From NCBI RefSeq assembly GCF_037042905.1, contig NC_087251.1, positions 17,982,001 to 18,046,000 of the forward strand: 64,000 bases of DNA, read 5' to 3'. Below, one piece after another: positions 35,189 through 49,164 of this stretch. This DNA comes from Lytechinus pictus. Lineage: Eukaryota. Both the position numbers and the translations under genes were made by a program. Positions within the stretch are counted from its first letter, which is position 1. Every line of letters starts with the position of its first letter. The notes below the pieces were generated by a model. It ran no database searches. It was not told the DNA's origin and worked only from the letters and a program-made list of their open reading frames with translations.

Positions 35189-36483
35189 CAGGGAAGTGTT
35201 ATAGAAGGAAATGAAACTCGAAAAGTAAGATTTTATTGCCCCCTTTAGGCAAATCCGAAGTGAAATTGAGAGGGGACACCCTGCTGATAACTGCTGATAA
35301 GTCTCTCACCAGCCCCCAAAATACCCCTGCAGGCCGCAATGATTACGCAACCAAGGCTTACTTTTATCGCTTTCCCTGCCTCGCTCCTAATCTCCGCTCT
35401 CCTAGCCAAACGACTTCGTCTTTTGATCTCACTACCTCGGAGCCGATAACATGACGTCATTTACATGATTTCTCAATAGCTGAGTTCAGAGTGAAAAGTT
35501 ATATGTACACGTTTTGGCTGCGCACTACTCTGTTGATTGCTGGAGACATGCGTAGTTATCACATTCGCACCCAGTGTATTCTAACGATTCAGCCGATATC
35601 TCATTCATCAAATTCACTTTTCGTAAACCGGAGTAACAAGGTTTGTTATCTATTTGTTTACATTTTTGTATATGATATGATATATAGATTTCATTGTATG
35701 ACCCGCTAATCTTGGCTATTCTTCTGTTATATGTAAGTGAAGAGGAATAAAATATCTTTATGATGGTAGTTGTCTCATTGGCGTGTTCTCGCGTGCCTAA
35801 AAGTTATGGTACTTCAAAGTTGGTTGATTTTCACCGAAATCTCCAGTTTGGCCGTTGATCGACTCGATTCGAGCGCCACGCGTGCATGGAAAGCGACTTT
35901 CGTGCAGCTGAATAATGGTATAAGATTGCATGGAAATGACCATGATTTATTTATTTCAGTTTATGTTCCATTATTAAATCATTAAATGCTGTGTTTGGTG
36001 GGCTTTGGGAAGTTTCATTTTAAGTTCAGTTTCGATGGGAACGATTTTGCGCGCGGCTCAGGCTGCACATCTACCGGGATAGCGTAGGCCCGGAGCGCAG
36101 GCTTACGAGGTGTATACAGTCCCCGAAGACGAAGTCTCGTTGCAATGACAATGCAGGAGACTAACTTGTTAAGTTTTAAAGATATTTGAATTCAATTATT
36201 TATCTTGAAACCAAGAATTGTGTTTCGAAGAATATCGTCAATGTCACTGTGTTTACAATCGGCGTCCATCTTAGCAGATAAGCGTATCCCATATTGCACT
36301 GCGCGAGTCCTGTACTTCCGCACTGTCGCGACCGTGAGCGGACTATACGACCGACCGCAGGGGATCATTTTACGAGCTTGCCTGATAGAGTGGGATTAAG
36401 CCAATTATGGAGAATAACAACGACTCCGCGCATGCTACAAAGGGAACTTTTCGAGTTTCATTTCCTTCTATAACACTTCCCTG
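35189..36483. mobile_element. Non-autonomous TIR transposon with 7-bp TSD (P-element-like)
   Basis: ~38-bp perfect TIR CAGGGAAGTGTTATAGAAGGAAATGAAACTCGAAAAGT. CTGTAAG is duplicated at 35182-35188 and 36484-36490. Confidence 0.85.
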
Positions 36484-37521
36484 CTGTAAGTAAATGAGTT
36501 GGACATTATATCAATCCATTCCTGTGGCTTTGTCATTATTAACGTGATCTTTTAATAATTCTCTCAATTCGCTCTACGGCAGTGTCATCAGAAATGCATT
36601 CAATGAATTCATGTAGATGTAGCTATATAAGGCTGGGGCCTGGGACGAGATGAAACTAAATTTCGATCAAATTTTTATATTATGTTTGACACACTTTACT
36701 TTTGACAAAATAAGTGACAATATCAACTGAAATTCGTAACATCTAAATAACATTGCCCAACCCAGTAACCCACGGTACCCCTCTCTCCTCACTTTATTTT
36801 TGAGCGTATTTACTACTATTTTAAAGACGTAAATAATGAGAGCAATGCGATACGCAAATGCGAGGTAAACATCTTCGCGCTTCCTACATAAGAGGAAGAG
36901 AGTTAAATTGGGCCTCCAGTCGAGGTCGTATCGTATACAGCATAGTAGCGAGTCAAAGAAATCGCGGGAAGAAATCGTGGGCGAAATAATCGACAAGTTT
37001 ATTTTAGGATCTGAAAAGCAGATTGTTTTTTTTATATATTATTCAGTTTTTGTGTAGATCTAGGCCTGTTTTACAGTTGTCGGCCACGGTTGTCGGGGAA
37101 GTTCACGGTTGGCGGATTTGCCCTGAAAATTTTCAGGGTTGTCGGCGCCCGCCAACCGTGACGCCTTTGAGCGAGAACGTTGATCTTCGATAGGAAAGCT
37201 ACGTGTTTAGGGACAAATTTGCGAGGGTATACAGGCCTCTACAAAAAAAAAATCATCACTTTCCCTGTTGGGCAAGTGATAAAAAAATTTGCTTGCCCGA
37301 TAGAAAAAACTGCTTGCCCGATTTTTTTTCAAAAATTCTTTTGCTCTTAATTATATTCTTTTCAGTCCTGGCTGAATTTGATTTACTGGCGCTGCCCTTG
37401 GCATATCTTTTTCTTGACTCTTGTTCAAGTTTTTCTGGTCGCCGATCACGACAACAAAAGTCGCCTATTTTAGTCTGACGACTCATTGTTATTTGATTTG
37501 AAGTTGAAGCCGAGTCCTGGC

Positions 37522-38432
37522 CAGGGTGACCAGATTTCACAAAATGAAATACAGGACAATCGACCAAAAAAAAGATCAAGAAAGAAGGCTACACAGTGTT
37601 AGACTTGTGAAAAAAATATACAGAATTGGAAGGGAGGGTGAACGAAAGAATGAAGGAGAGAAAGAAAAGAGATGAATTGAGAAGAAAGAAAGAAAAAATG
37701 AAGGGGAAAATGAAGGAAATAATAAAAAATATAAGAAAGTTCTAATAAAAGAAGGATGAGAGAGAGAATAAAAATAGATAAAAAGTTTTCTGTCATTCTT
37801 TGAATTGAATATAGAAAGAAAAAAAAAAGAAATGAAGGGAAGATGAATAAATGTGTGAAAGTCAAAATAAAGGAGGAGGAAAGAAAGAATGAAGGAAAGA
37901 AAATGTTTCCTTCATTCTTGGAAAGAAAGAAACAAAGAAAGAAGAAAACAGGAAGGAAGGAGGGAAGGAAGAAAGGGAAAGAAAGTATAAGGGAAAAGAA
38001 TAAGGACAAAATGAAAAAATAATGAAAGAAAGAAAGGAGGAAAGAATGAAGGGAGGCCAGAATGAAAAAAAAGAAGAAAACAATGAAAGGAGAGAAAGAA
38101 CGAAAATAAAAACGAGTGGAAGGGAGAAGGAATGAAGGAAATAAAAAAGGAAATGTAATAAAGAAGGCAAGAGAAAGAAGGAAAGAAAGAAAATGAACAG
38201 AGAGAGAGAGAAAGGATCAGGAAATAAAAATAGATATGTAACAAAAAAGGGCAAGAAGGAAGGATAAAAAAGAAAGAAAGAGGAAAAAGTTCAAACTTCA
38301 AGCAAATAAAAACAATCCAATCATATAACGAAAATCCTAATGATATTTTGTGTTTTTTTTATATATTTTTAAAATAAAAAAAAACTAGAATGTTTTAGAA
38401 ATGAATAAAATACGGGACGTCTGGTCACCCTG
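37522..38432. mobile_element. hAT-like MITE with a long GA-rich low-complexity core
   Basis: TIR CAGGGTGACCAGA / TCTGGTCACCCTG. Degenerate 8-bp TSD GTCCTGGC / ATCCAGGC. Confidence 0.8.
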
Positions 38433-38689
38433 ATCCAGGCCGAGTCAGTCCGAAGCTTGCATGCATTCAGCGCAATCTAGCTCGAGAGTCGACTGGCTCG
38501 CGGTCGCTCGTGTACGTCCGTACATGTACTGTAGCGCTCAGAGGGCGAGAGAGGGGTTTTCCCAGCTAGCTCCTTCGTCGATTAGTAGCGCATGCGCACA
38601 GTGTAGTTTAGAAAGTAAGATGGCAGCCCCCATCGAACGGGACCGCTGGCGATAAAATAAAAGACTGATGTCCGTGACATAGCAATTGA

Positions 38690-38903
38690 AATATCGCTGT
38701 ACTTGTTTAGGGGTTCAATTCAGGGAATACTTGCCAATAGGGTTTTGTTTCCAATACTTGTTAAGGGTAGGGTTTCACACGCCAATACTTGTTAAGGGGT
38801 GCATTTTCAGAATATTGAAAATACGTGTTTAGGGTGCTTTTTGTGATCTCATGGTCGCGCACGGTATCCACTCGTCAATGGAAGTGGCCCCCCCCCCCTC
38901 GGG
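38690..38903. mobile_element. Partial copy of the CCCGGG-terminal MITE family
   Basis: Reverse-complement match to 43531-43750. Confidence 0.75.
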
Positions 38904-39072
38904 AACTTCACCCAACTCATCTCAGCATATCTGGATAGATATCCCGCACCCCCATCAAAATATTCTGGCTGGTGCCAGCTGCCCCCCTCCCCTGGGGAGG
39001 GGAAAGGGGGACTTTCCATGAAAATTACATTGTGATCTAATAGGAATCCATGCTGGGATCATGGAGCTATTA

Positions 39073-42000
39073 GGCCAAGTAAAAAAAGAAAGTAGTTGAT
39101 CGTCCTCGCGTGCATCTATTTTGGCCGCCGCATGAAATTTTTTACTATTTACTATTTTCGAAAATTGGCTAAAAAAAAAAATGGTGATGTTTCTCGTCCG
39201 CGCCCGCTTCCCTTTTTGATTGCAGCATCAATTTTCTTGATATTTACTATTTTTATGGCTGCTGAATAGCGACAAAAATTCACAAGATTGGCGAGCGATT
39301 TGCTCTCATGTGCTCTGGGATCTCTCTCGCAACTTCAAAAACAATTGCAAAGTCCGATATCGCCGTAACTGCAAGTAAGAAAAAAAATCTAATTTGTTTT
39401 TTTATTGGAATTTTGGAGATACCATCATAAATTAGCGAGAAAATAAAGTTTGCAAACTCGGAAAAGATCACGGATTTCTTCATTTTGAGTGCATTTTCGG
39501 GGAACCCGCTTCCTAAATCTGAACTAATCCTTCGCGTGCTTTGGAAATATGGCGCAGATAAATCAATTTTAATGACGTAATTTGTATTTCAGCGGGGTTT
39601 TTTGGTGAGTGATAGCACCTGTACTTCGATGTGTGTTACGGTGATTTACTGTGCTTGTGACTCTGTTGGGTGAATGCATGTGTGCTGGGATGATGTGATG
39701 GACTGCTGGCGCGACATGTGAATTTGTGAAATGAATTGAATTTTCTGGCGAGTTTTCTAACGTCAGCGGGCAATGCATTGAATATTCAAAAAACAATTTC
39801 AAGTGGGTTATTCATTATCAAGATTGAAAATCATTAATGGGATTCCAGTAAGTGCCAATTATGTTCAAATTTGATAAAACTTCATTCTTCCTTGAGCTAT
39901 TCAATTTGATGGACAATTGTAAAAATTAGTTAGTAAATGGATCTATAAACACTAACAAATATTGAAATAATAAACATTATGTGAACAATTAACAATTAAT
40001 TCAATAATCATTTAACATTTGATATCAATAAAAAAAATGAATAAAAATTGAACAGTATTAAACATTATGTAAACGAATATACAAGCAGCTGGAAACTGCG
40101 ACGGAAACCATGCCCAGAGCTAAAAAAGAGATTGGCTCTGGAAAACTGAACATGGCTCCATGGTAATAAAAATGAACCCCCCCCCAATGCATTTTTTACC
40201 CTTGCTTAATAATATAATATATATTATATATTAATATAGAATAATGTTTAAATCATTCACTTGACATGAACATTTTGTTTTACAACAATACAGTACCGGT
40301 ATACATTAGTAATACATCAATAGATTTTTATCGCACAATACATTTTCCATAAATTTCCAATCACTTGTATATATATATATATATATTATGCATATATATA
40401 TATATATCTATACATACATGTATATATTTCTACTCATATATTATTAATATTGAGCTTGCACAATCACATAATTTCGAGCTTGACATGGCCTGACAATCAT
40501 TTGAATAAAAAATAGCAAAAAAAATAGAAAATAGTAAGGACCTCCCTCATCACTGATGCAAGGCTCCACATTAACTTTTTTTGGTGGTGGCCCGTTCGGG
40601 CCACCAAAACCATCAAATAATTTTTTTTGGTGGCCCGATATTAAAGTTTGGTGGCCCGAAAAATATAAAGAAACACATTAAAAATTAATAAAACAAACTT
40701 CTGAAATATTAATTCTGCAGCCACTACCACTAAGTTACTTTCACTTTATCATCTTGTATGTAAACCTTGTTTGCTGTTTTTGCTAATTGGCTTGTGGTAA
40801 AATATAATTTGTTTCTATCATTGTAAAAATTAGAACAATGCATAAAAGGGGGAAACAAATGAAAATAATTTTCAAAAAGTATATTACAAAAAGAAAACAA
40901 AAATAAAAGAAATAAGTGAAATAAAACAAAAGAAAGAAAATGAAGAAAGGAAAAACAAAGAACAGGGGGAAAAAAAGAAGAAAATTTAGAGAAAAAAAAG
41001 TGAAAGAAAAATGAATAAAACAAAATTAATATAAACATGGGGAAAAGGGGAAAATTAAGAAGTCATTACGAATATTATTTAACAGCTGTGGCAACAGTCT
41101 ATTCTGACTGGAAGGGGTATAAATGGTTTAACCAACTGTTTTTAAAAAAATGAAAGAAAAAAAATAAGAAGAAAACGGCAATAGTTATATCTGGAAAAAA
41201 AGTGTGAGAAAAGTCCTTCCCTATATTTGCCAAAATGTTGAAAAAATTCACATTTCATATCAATGAAATGCCTTCCCAATGTATCTCAAGAGTGGTTTAA
41301 GAAGTCATTTATAAACAAGAAAGAAAGAAACTGTCTGTTTATTTTTGGCTAGAAAAGACACAGCTTCGAAAGAAACCAAGTATCAACATACATACAAATG
41401 CACATGTGGGACTGTGATGTACATGCCTATGTGTTTTTATGTGTATTAATTCATTTGGAAATCGGTCTTTTGTAGTCAAAAGAGAGGTCATAATTCCTCT
41501 TCTTAATGCTTGCAAATAATCAGGGTACACCAAATTTTCGTAATATAGACTGTAGAATGTCATTTCATTGGTGTAAAATGTGACTTTGACTCAGATTTTC
41601 AAAGTTCTGTGGAAGATTTCTAAGCAGCAACATTTTTTATCGCAGCTCCCAGAGTGTGAATAGGCTGAGCTAGATCTAGAGCACAGCTGTATGCAGTGGC
41701 TTCATGCAAAGCTCACGCCAGCCGGCCGGTGCGGCTGGCTGGATAATAGCTACTGTATGCTATAACTGTAGGCCTAATATGCAAACTGTGTGTGTGTATT
41801 TGTGTGTAGATCAACAAAAAGGGCGCATGACGAACTGGGTTGCAATTTGAACTGTAGAAAGTTGATAAATGCGTGCAAAATCGGGAGAAAAATTGCGCTA
41901 CTTTTGAAAATTATTGGTTGCCCGATTCGGGCCACCAAAACTTAACATTTTATCAATAATGGTTGCCCGATGTGAATTTCTGGTGGCCCCGGGCCACCGG

Positions 42001-42161
42001 GCCACCGCTAATGTCGAGCCTTGCACTGATGTCAAAAAACGGGCCGAGAAAATGCCTCCTTGTTTAAAAAGAAAATAGAAAGATAGCAAATAGTAAGGAC
42101 CTCCCTCATCACTTCTCTAAAAAAACCCGGACGATCAACTACTATCTTTTTTTATTTGGCC
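39073..42161. mobile_element. Non-autonomous GGCC-terminal element with TTA TSD (Zator/Harbinger-like)
   Basis: TIR GGCCAAGTAAAAAAAGAAAGTAGTTGATCGTCC / GGACGATCAACTACTATCTTTTTTTATTTGGCC with TTA on both sides. Confidence 0.8.
40559..42023. mobile_element. hAT-like element nested in 39073-42161
   Basis: Ends CAAGGCTCCACATTA / TAATGTCGAGCCTTG. Exact 8-bp TSD CACTGATG. Subterminal GGTGGCCCG repeats. Confidence 0.85.
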
Positions 42162-43249
42162 TTACAGAAGGAGGACTGACTCTCGAACGCTTTGCCCCAT
42201 GTGCGGCACCGCTAATCCCCTCACAGCAGGGTGGTCCATCACGGCACTTTCACACTTGCAGGCGCATGCCGCCCGTAAATCAGCCCTAAATCTGATTGGG
42301 AAAGTTGATCGAATGCAATTTAAAACGCCGTCATTCGGACCCAATGGGTAATATTAATATACATAAAATTTACATATCATAATCAACGAAATATCATAAA
42401 AGTTAGGTCTAGATCTATCTCTTCAAGTGCGTCAATCGTGATATTTTTCCGAAACGGCCCGGAGCTGAGGCCTGTAATGTGTGAATAAGTTGAGCGCACG
42501 AGCTCGGAGCTCAAGCGTCACACTCACCTTCAACTTACACAAATAGGAGTACGTGGGGCACCGGAAGATACTCAACGATGCATCAATCGACGTAGAAATG
42601 CCCCGCAGATTCGTCGTTATATTTTCAAGGCCATTGTAATCACGCAAATGATCTTTGCATAAAAATTAAGATCGAAGTATGCTTATTCACGTTATTATAA
42701 TTTCTAAAACATGTACGAGCAGGGAAAGATTTAACTACGTAAGAAAGACAGACATACCTAAAATGACCAATCTCCAACTTCCTCCGTTTGTAATTTTGTT
42801 GAGTCAAATCAGATTGTGACGTATTTGGTATGTATGCAAAGGGGATCATCTCAGAAGTTCAACCATACATAAAAGACGTACATCAGGAATCCGTACGAAG
42901 ATATATGGATGTTAGAAGAACAGCAAGTCGTGTTTCAATTTTGAAAAAAAACTGAGCTCGAAGAGAAGTTATGTGGGAGAACGTCGTTTACGGCGGTGCC
43001 TCACAGGGACCTTAAAAAAATCTCTGACCACAGATTTTACGAGCGAGCTTATCGCGTTATGTAAGCGGGCTCTAACTTTCGCCTGTATTGAATTAAATTG
43101 TAGTTCCGAAGCCCATTCCGAGGACCCTCCTTTTACAATAAGCCCGCTCCAAGGCCCCCATTTTTTGTCTAGCCCGCGGCACATACCTACTACTTTTTTG
43201 GTCGAGTACCCCCTCCCCCCCCCGGGCTTTGGCCTTTTTATCAAAGTGG

Positions 43250-43326
43250 AGACAATGGCAGAGTGAGAATTCAAACTCACAACCTTGTGATTATGAGTCC
43301 AAATCCTCTAACCACTGGACCAAACT
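43250..43326 (-). mobile_element. tRNA-derived SINE head fragment
   Basis: Minus strand TGGTCCAGTGGTTAGAG...AAGGTTGTGAGTTTGAATTCTCACTCTGCC has A/B boxes but no complete acceptor stem. Confidence 0.6.
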
Positions 43327-43530
43327 ACTTGTTACCAGCATTTCCAGCATGCATTTCCTATTCAATCGACCGAGATGTTAGGGAGAGTGCCATATTTGGA
43401 AGGGTTTCAAATTTCCTGCTATGGGGAAGCCCTGCGGTGGCCATTGCTTGTCAGTGCTTGTCCCTGTAGTTGTGGGGAGGGAGTAGAAGTAATTTTTGTC
43501 CGATATTTGGGCACTTTACTCTACATGTAG

Positions 43531-44110
43531 CCCGGGGGGGGGGGGGGGGGCCACTTCCATTGACGAGTGGATACCATGCGCGACTATGGGGTCTCGAAAA
43601 GCACCCTAAACACTTATTTTCCATATTCTGAAAATGCACCCCTTAACAGGTATTGGCGTGTGAAACCCTACCCTTAACAAGTATAGGAAACAAAACGATA
43701 CTCTTGGCAAGTATTCCCTGAATTGTACCCCTAAACAAGTACAGCGATATTCTAATTACGTCAAGGACGTCGGTCTTCGGTTTTACCTTTACCTACATCA
43801 TTGGGTTTAGTACGGCCCCACCTCCCACACCTCGGGCAAATCGTACTCTAAACACGTAGTGTTGACTGTTGGGGCCAAAAGTACATCCTTTATAAAACAT
43901 TTTAGTCTCATTTTTTTGTACCCTCGCAAATTTGACCCTAAACACGTAGCTTTCCTATCGAAAATAGATACCCTTTTTTCACTATTTTAGTGTTTTTGAC
44001 ACCCTTATTACGTTAGTACGTAACGTGCCTATCTTGAAAAAGACATCCTTTTTACGTGTTTTTATGGTCGCGCATGGTATCCACTCGTCAATGTAAGTGG
44101 CCCTCCCGGG
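43531..44110. mobile_element. Complete CCCGGG-terminal MITE with 8-bp TSD
   Basis: TIR CCCGGG(G)nCCACTTCCATTGACGAGTGGATACCATGCGCGAC. Exact TSD ACATGTAG at 43523-43530 and 44111-44118. Confidence 0.9.
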
Positions 44111-44439
44111 ACATGTAGATTCCCACAGGCAGGATGGTTGCAGTGAACAAGCATACACACTACACAGACAGAAGTCTGGATCTAGATGTGTACAGTGCAG
44201 GACTGTTATGGTATAGCGTGCATCGGGTGAGAGACAGGGCTTATTAAGATTAGCTGTACCGGTGAAGATGGCCTTCGACATCTAGTCTGCGGGCACAGAC
44301 CCTGATTGAAACTTTGATCAACAAGTGTGTCTCCACACAAAGACTAGCATATACAAAACTTGCTGTTTCATTCATTACACAAGGCATGAGTAGGCTGCAA
44401 TTCAGACCCTTTACTTGAGTGAAGGGTTTGCACAGCAGA

Positions 44440-44680
44440 CTATTCGACAGCTGCCTTGAAGGTTCCGACTGTCTTGAGAACTTGCTATGGTGGCTGGAAG
44501 ATGGTTCCAGTCCACCGTTGTTTGTACTAAAAAAGAGATATTGATCAGTATATTGAAATTCTTGTCTGCAAAAGAGTTGTTATGGTTTTGGACTTGCCTT
44601 TCAACTAAGTTTGTTGACTCAAACCCAGCAAATTTCTTTGCTTTTATTTGTCTCCTTTGTCTTGATGGTCTTTAGGAAAT
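44440..44680 (-). pseudogene. LINE (L2/CR1-group) ORF2 C-terminal fragment
   Basis: Minus strand ...SFLVQTTVDWNHLPATIA resembles the conserved SFFPRTIxxWNxLP motif. Confidence 0.55.
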
Positions 44681-47600
44681 TATTCAATGGGAGAGTGAGC
44701 TAATACCAACCCATAAGTCTCCCATACTTCTCACGATTTAAATACAGCATTTGGGGAAAAGGGTGAGTTGCAGCTGCTTCACCCTTTTATTACTGCTTAA
44801 ATCTCATTTTTGATAGGGGAAAACAAAGCTCATGTGAATGAAAATTTACTTCTTAAGGATTATTTCACAGTTTCTTGACATACAGTCAGTAGCGGTCCAG
44901 ATTATTAGGACAACCCATTCCACACAAACTCTGAGGGATTCTGAACCCACGTGCAGTCGCTGAAATAAGTTTTGATGACAATATTTGTGCGTCAAAAGCT
45001 TTCATGACTTTGTACTGTATCATAGGGTCTTAGGCATCTTTTGATACAGAATTTATATAATTACAATCGTCGGGTAATGAGTACATTGTAGCTAAAAAAA
45101 TGGTTGTGCAATTGATGTTCAATTTCTGCATAGACCATGTATTAAACATTAAGTACCAAATGCAGTTAGATATGAAATTGCAATTACATACAAGGTGACA
45201 ACTCAAAAGTGTTTGAGGTATATACTGTAAATCTTTGCAGACTTATTCGTTCTACAATGCCCCCAAATACCTGCCATGTTTTAGAAAATCTAGTCTCCTG
45301 GGCTATGGGGAATTACTTGTTTCTAAAGCATAGATGACTTTGAGAGACATTCCAACTATTAACTCAAATGGTCAACTAAATGAAAACAAAACAACTAAAA
45401 TGATTTAAATGTGCTAGGTGTTCTAACAGTTTTGGCTGCTACTGTATAATAATTATGATAATAGATGGGATTTGTAATACGCCAAATCCACTCTGCAGAC
45501 AGCTGCAGTGAAAGAATTAAAAAAAAAGATAAAGAAAAGTACATAATTTAAGGGATTGACAGTTAAGAATAAGAGTATGTGATGTAAAATGCTAAATTTT
45601 GATCCCAAAGAGACAGGGTTTGCTTCACCGTCATGTTTCTAATTTAATGAAATGGCCATCTTTTCCATATTTCCTTCAATTTTTTTTAAATTTTATTGAA
45701 ACTATAAAGAAAATAAAGAATATTCACTTTATTGACTCTAAAAATTGTTCATGATGAAACACTCTGTCAATTTTGTAGTCCAAAGACTTTCATGCTGAAC
45801 ATTGCAACATTAACTGAAAACAATAGTTGATCGTTTTGATCATTTTTGATAGTTTTACACTTACATGTGGACTACAAGATTTACCGAATGTAACATCATA
45901 AAACAATTTTCAGAGCATTGGCGTAAATCTGTGATGATGTACATTGTACTATTAAGTGGGGGGGATGAGTCAAAGACAAGACAGTCAATATATCCGCAAC
46001 AGAGTTGTCTCTAACTTCACTATCTTATAAAGAGCTGGGCAGTTCCACGGTTACGGAGTGACATTCAGAAACAAGTTATTAGCATTCAAACAAAGATATC
46101 ACCCATATTTAAATAGTTATTTGGAAAGAAATGGTACCTGACAGTAGTCGCTGAAACCCACTTTTCAAAATAATAAAATTTGTTATTTTGATCCACTGAA
46201 TTAATGAGATATGAATATTCATAATCATGGTTACAGAGTGACGTAAAATGGACATGCATATTTTAGGAGAAAACATATTGCTCAAACTCTGAAATTTAAA
46301 TGGCTATCACAATGTTGAGTTATTGATTGGATTCTATGTTGTTCTAATTACTACTTAAAACAAACCCATACCCAGTTACGGAGTGACATCTGAAATATTC
46401 ACACACAGGCAACGTAAAATGAACTTATATTTTAAAATTTTCTTTTGATATGATGTAAAATGATGACCTTCAGATTATCCAAAAGAAAATTTTACAAAAC
46501 AAGCAATAGTTTTCTGTTAAATTGAAATTAAGTAAAAAACATGTAGTCCCATGTATAGTATAGAATTTTTTTGTATGGTTTGGATTCTCGTATAAGTAAT
46601 AAAAAATAAATTAAAGGTAAATTGTGACATTGGTTTATTTAAAAACATTCTTTTAGATTTCACTCTTCGCTTTTCACAATACTCATAAACAAGTTCTGAG
46701 TCCATAAAATGTATTGCATTGGCCAAAAGAACTGTTTTTATTCTCAAAAAAATATATGAAGAAGAGAAATTTTGCCAAGTGAGCTTTCTTTTGATGCATA
46801 TTTTGGAATTGACATAAAAAATGAAGAGCGCCACCTTGAGACCAAATGACATCAATACCTGCTCATGAATATTCATATCCATCGCCTCTGCGCTTGTGCC
46901 GATCTGTATACCGGCTATACAGTACAGTATTGGATTGAACGGCGTAGTCTATTTGCGACTTTTTCATTCATTTCCTGTAGGAGCGTGTGCATTCGCGCAG
47001 TCCCTCGACGGCAAATTAAATAACTTGGAAACAACCAAGGAACTTTTTGAAATGACCATCATAATAATTGTGATGTTATGCACGTTGTTTTTCAAATCGC
47101 GGAGAATAGGTCCTACATCTGGATATCTGGGCAGAGTACCAGGTACCGAGAGACGGCTTTCCTTCCCTTTCCTTGCTTTTCATCTTTGCTTCGTTTCTCT
47201 AGCTGTATTTTTTTCTTTACTTGTCCAGGGTATGAAGGGTGGGAGAATTATGGTTGCTTGTGAAAGGGCTATTCTTTTTTTTTTTCCTTTTTTATTTTTT
47301 TTTAATAATTATATTTACATATGCATTTTTGTTTCGATTCCGATTCACTGAATTGTTATCAATTTCTTTAGGTTCTGTATTTTGATTTGTTCATTATTAT
47401 CACGTGTTGTAATAGAATAAGATATTACATTTTTTTTAAAGGAAAAGGAAATCATTTTGTATTGAACTAGCTTGGTCGTCATTTTTCATTATTTTGCTTT
47501 GTGCGTTATATAGGCCTATAAGATGCTCTTTCTCTTCCACTGATTATATGTCAATATACTGCCTCAATGTATTTATCACTAAAACATGACAAATACCGCG

Positions 47601-47721
47601 TGGCCTAGTGTTTCCCCTTTTTTTAAACAATATATTCTGGGGCGGATCCAGCTTTCACTAACGGGGCCGGGGTGAACAATATTTTCATCCACAATCTGAT
47701 CGATCGGCAGCTCAAAGCTAG

Positions 47722-47770
47722 TTTTTGTCTCACCTGCATAGCAGAGTGAGACTATAGGCGCCGCTTTTCC

Positions 47771-47801
<31 letters not shown>

Positions 47802-48697
47802 GCGGCGGCGTCAACACCAAATCTTAACCTGAGGTTAAGTTTTTGAAATGACAGCATAACTTAGAAAGTATATGGACCTAGTTCATGAAACTTGGCCATA
47901 AGGTTAATCAAGTATTACTGAACATCCTGCCTGAGTTTCATGTCACATGACCAAGGTCAAAGGTCATTTAGGGTCAATGAACTTAGACCATGCTGGGGGA
48001 ATCAACATCAAAATCTTAACCTAAGGTTAAGTTTTTGAAATGTCATCATAACTTAGAAAATATATGGACCTAGTTCATGAAACTTATACATAAGGTTAAT
48101 CACGTATCACTGAACATCCTGCATGAGTTTCACATCACATGACCAAGGTCAAAGGTCATTTAGGGTCAATGAACTTTGGCCGAATTGGGGGTATCTGTTG
48201 AATTACCATCATAACTTTGAAAGTTTATGGATCTGATTCATGAAACTTGGACATAATAGTAATCAAGTATTACTGAACATCCTGTGCAAGTTTCAGGTCA
48301 CATGATCAAGGTCAAAGGTCATTTATGGTCAATGAACTTTGGCCAAATTGGGGTATTTGTTGAATTACAGCCATAAATTTGAAAGTGTGTTGGTCTAGTT
48401 CATAAAACTTGGACATAATAGTAATCAAGTATCACTGAACATCCTGTGCGAGTTTCAGGTCACATGATCAAGGTCAAAGGTCATGTAAGGTCAAAGAACT
48501 TTGGCCACGTTGGGGGTATTTGTTGAATTGCCATCATATCTCTATAAGTGTATTGGTCTAGTTCATAAAACGTGGAAATAAGAGTAACCAAGTATCACTG
48601 AACATCTTGTGCGAGTTATAGTAGTTTTCAAAATCAGCACTGCTGCTATATTGAATCGCGTGATGCAGGTGAGACGGCCAGAGGCATTCCACTTGTT
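47722..48697 (+). mobile_element. Helentron-associated non-autonomous element (HINE), copy 1
   Basis: Starts in a T-run. Subterminal inverted repeats GTCTCACCTGCAT / ATGCAGGTGAGAC. (GGC)n microsatellite followed by ~4.5 tandem 162-192-bp units. Ends in CTTGTT with no TSD. Confidence 0.8.
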
Positions 48698-49164
48698 GTT
48701 GGTATCTATAGTCGTAACGGTACTAAGCCCTATAAAAAATGCGAGCGTGAGGTATTATTTTCGGACTGTGTATTGTGTCCTGAAAATTGATCTGAGCAAT
48801 ATGATCATTAAACAAGATGCACACTGACGGATAAGGTGCCCAAAAATTTGAATTAGTAAAGGCCTATTTAGTTCCCTTGTTCGTTTTACTATAAGCCCTT
48901 CAACAATGTTTCCGTGTTTTGTATTACATTGATCAGTTAATATTTCTTTATGTCTCATACTATTTTGATATGAATTATACCTTGTTATTGTACTTGTTAC
49001 TATGATTTTATATACTAATAACTCTGAACTTGTGAACCTGTTTAACCATGACTGAATGAATAAATCAATAAATGAATTGGTATAGATGAATAGATGTTCC
49101 ATCGAACAGGCAATGCAAACACAAAGCGCGGGCTAAATTGTTTTTATACATGTGTAGTGGCCCA

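Noticed and set aside
37599..38301. Phe/Leu/Ser-rich membrane-protein ORFs (also 40730-41038 and 54278-55240)
   Set aside because: These are translation artefacts of GA-rich low-complexity DNA inside transposons.
38585..38635. NRF1 + YY1 housekeeping promoter (GCGCATGCGC...AAGATGGC)
   Set aside because: It is sandwiched between MITE fragments with no convincing exon or donor downstream. Such motifs are common in transposon ends.
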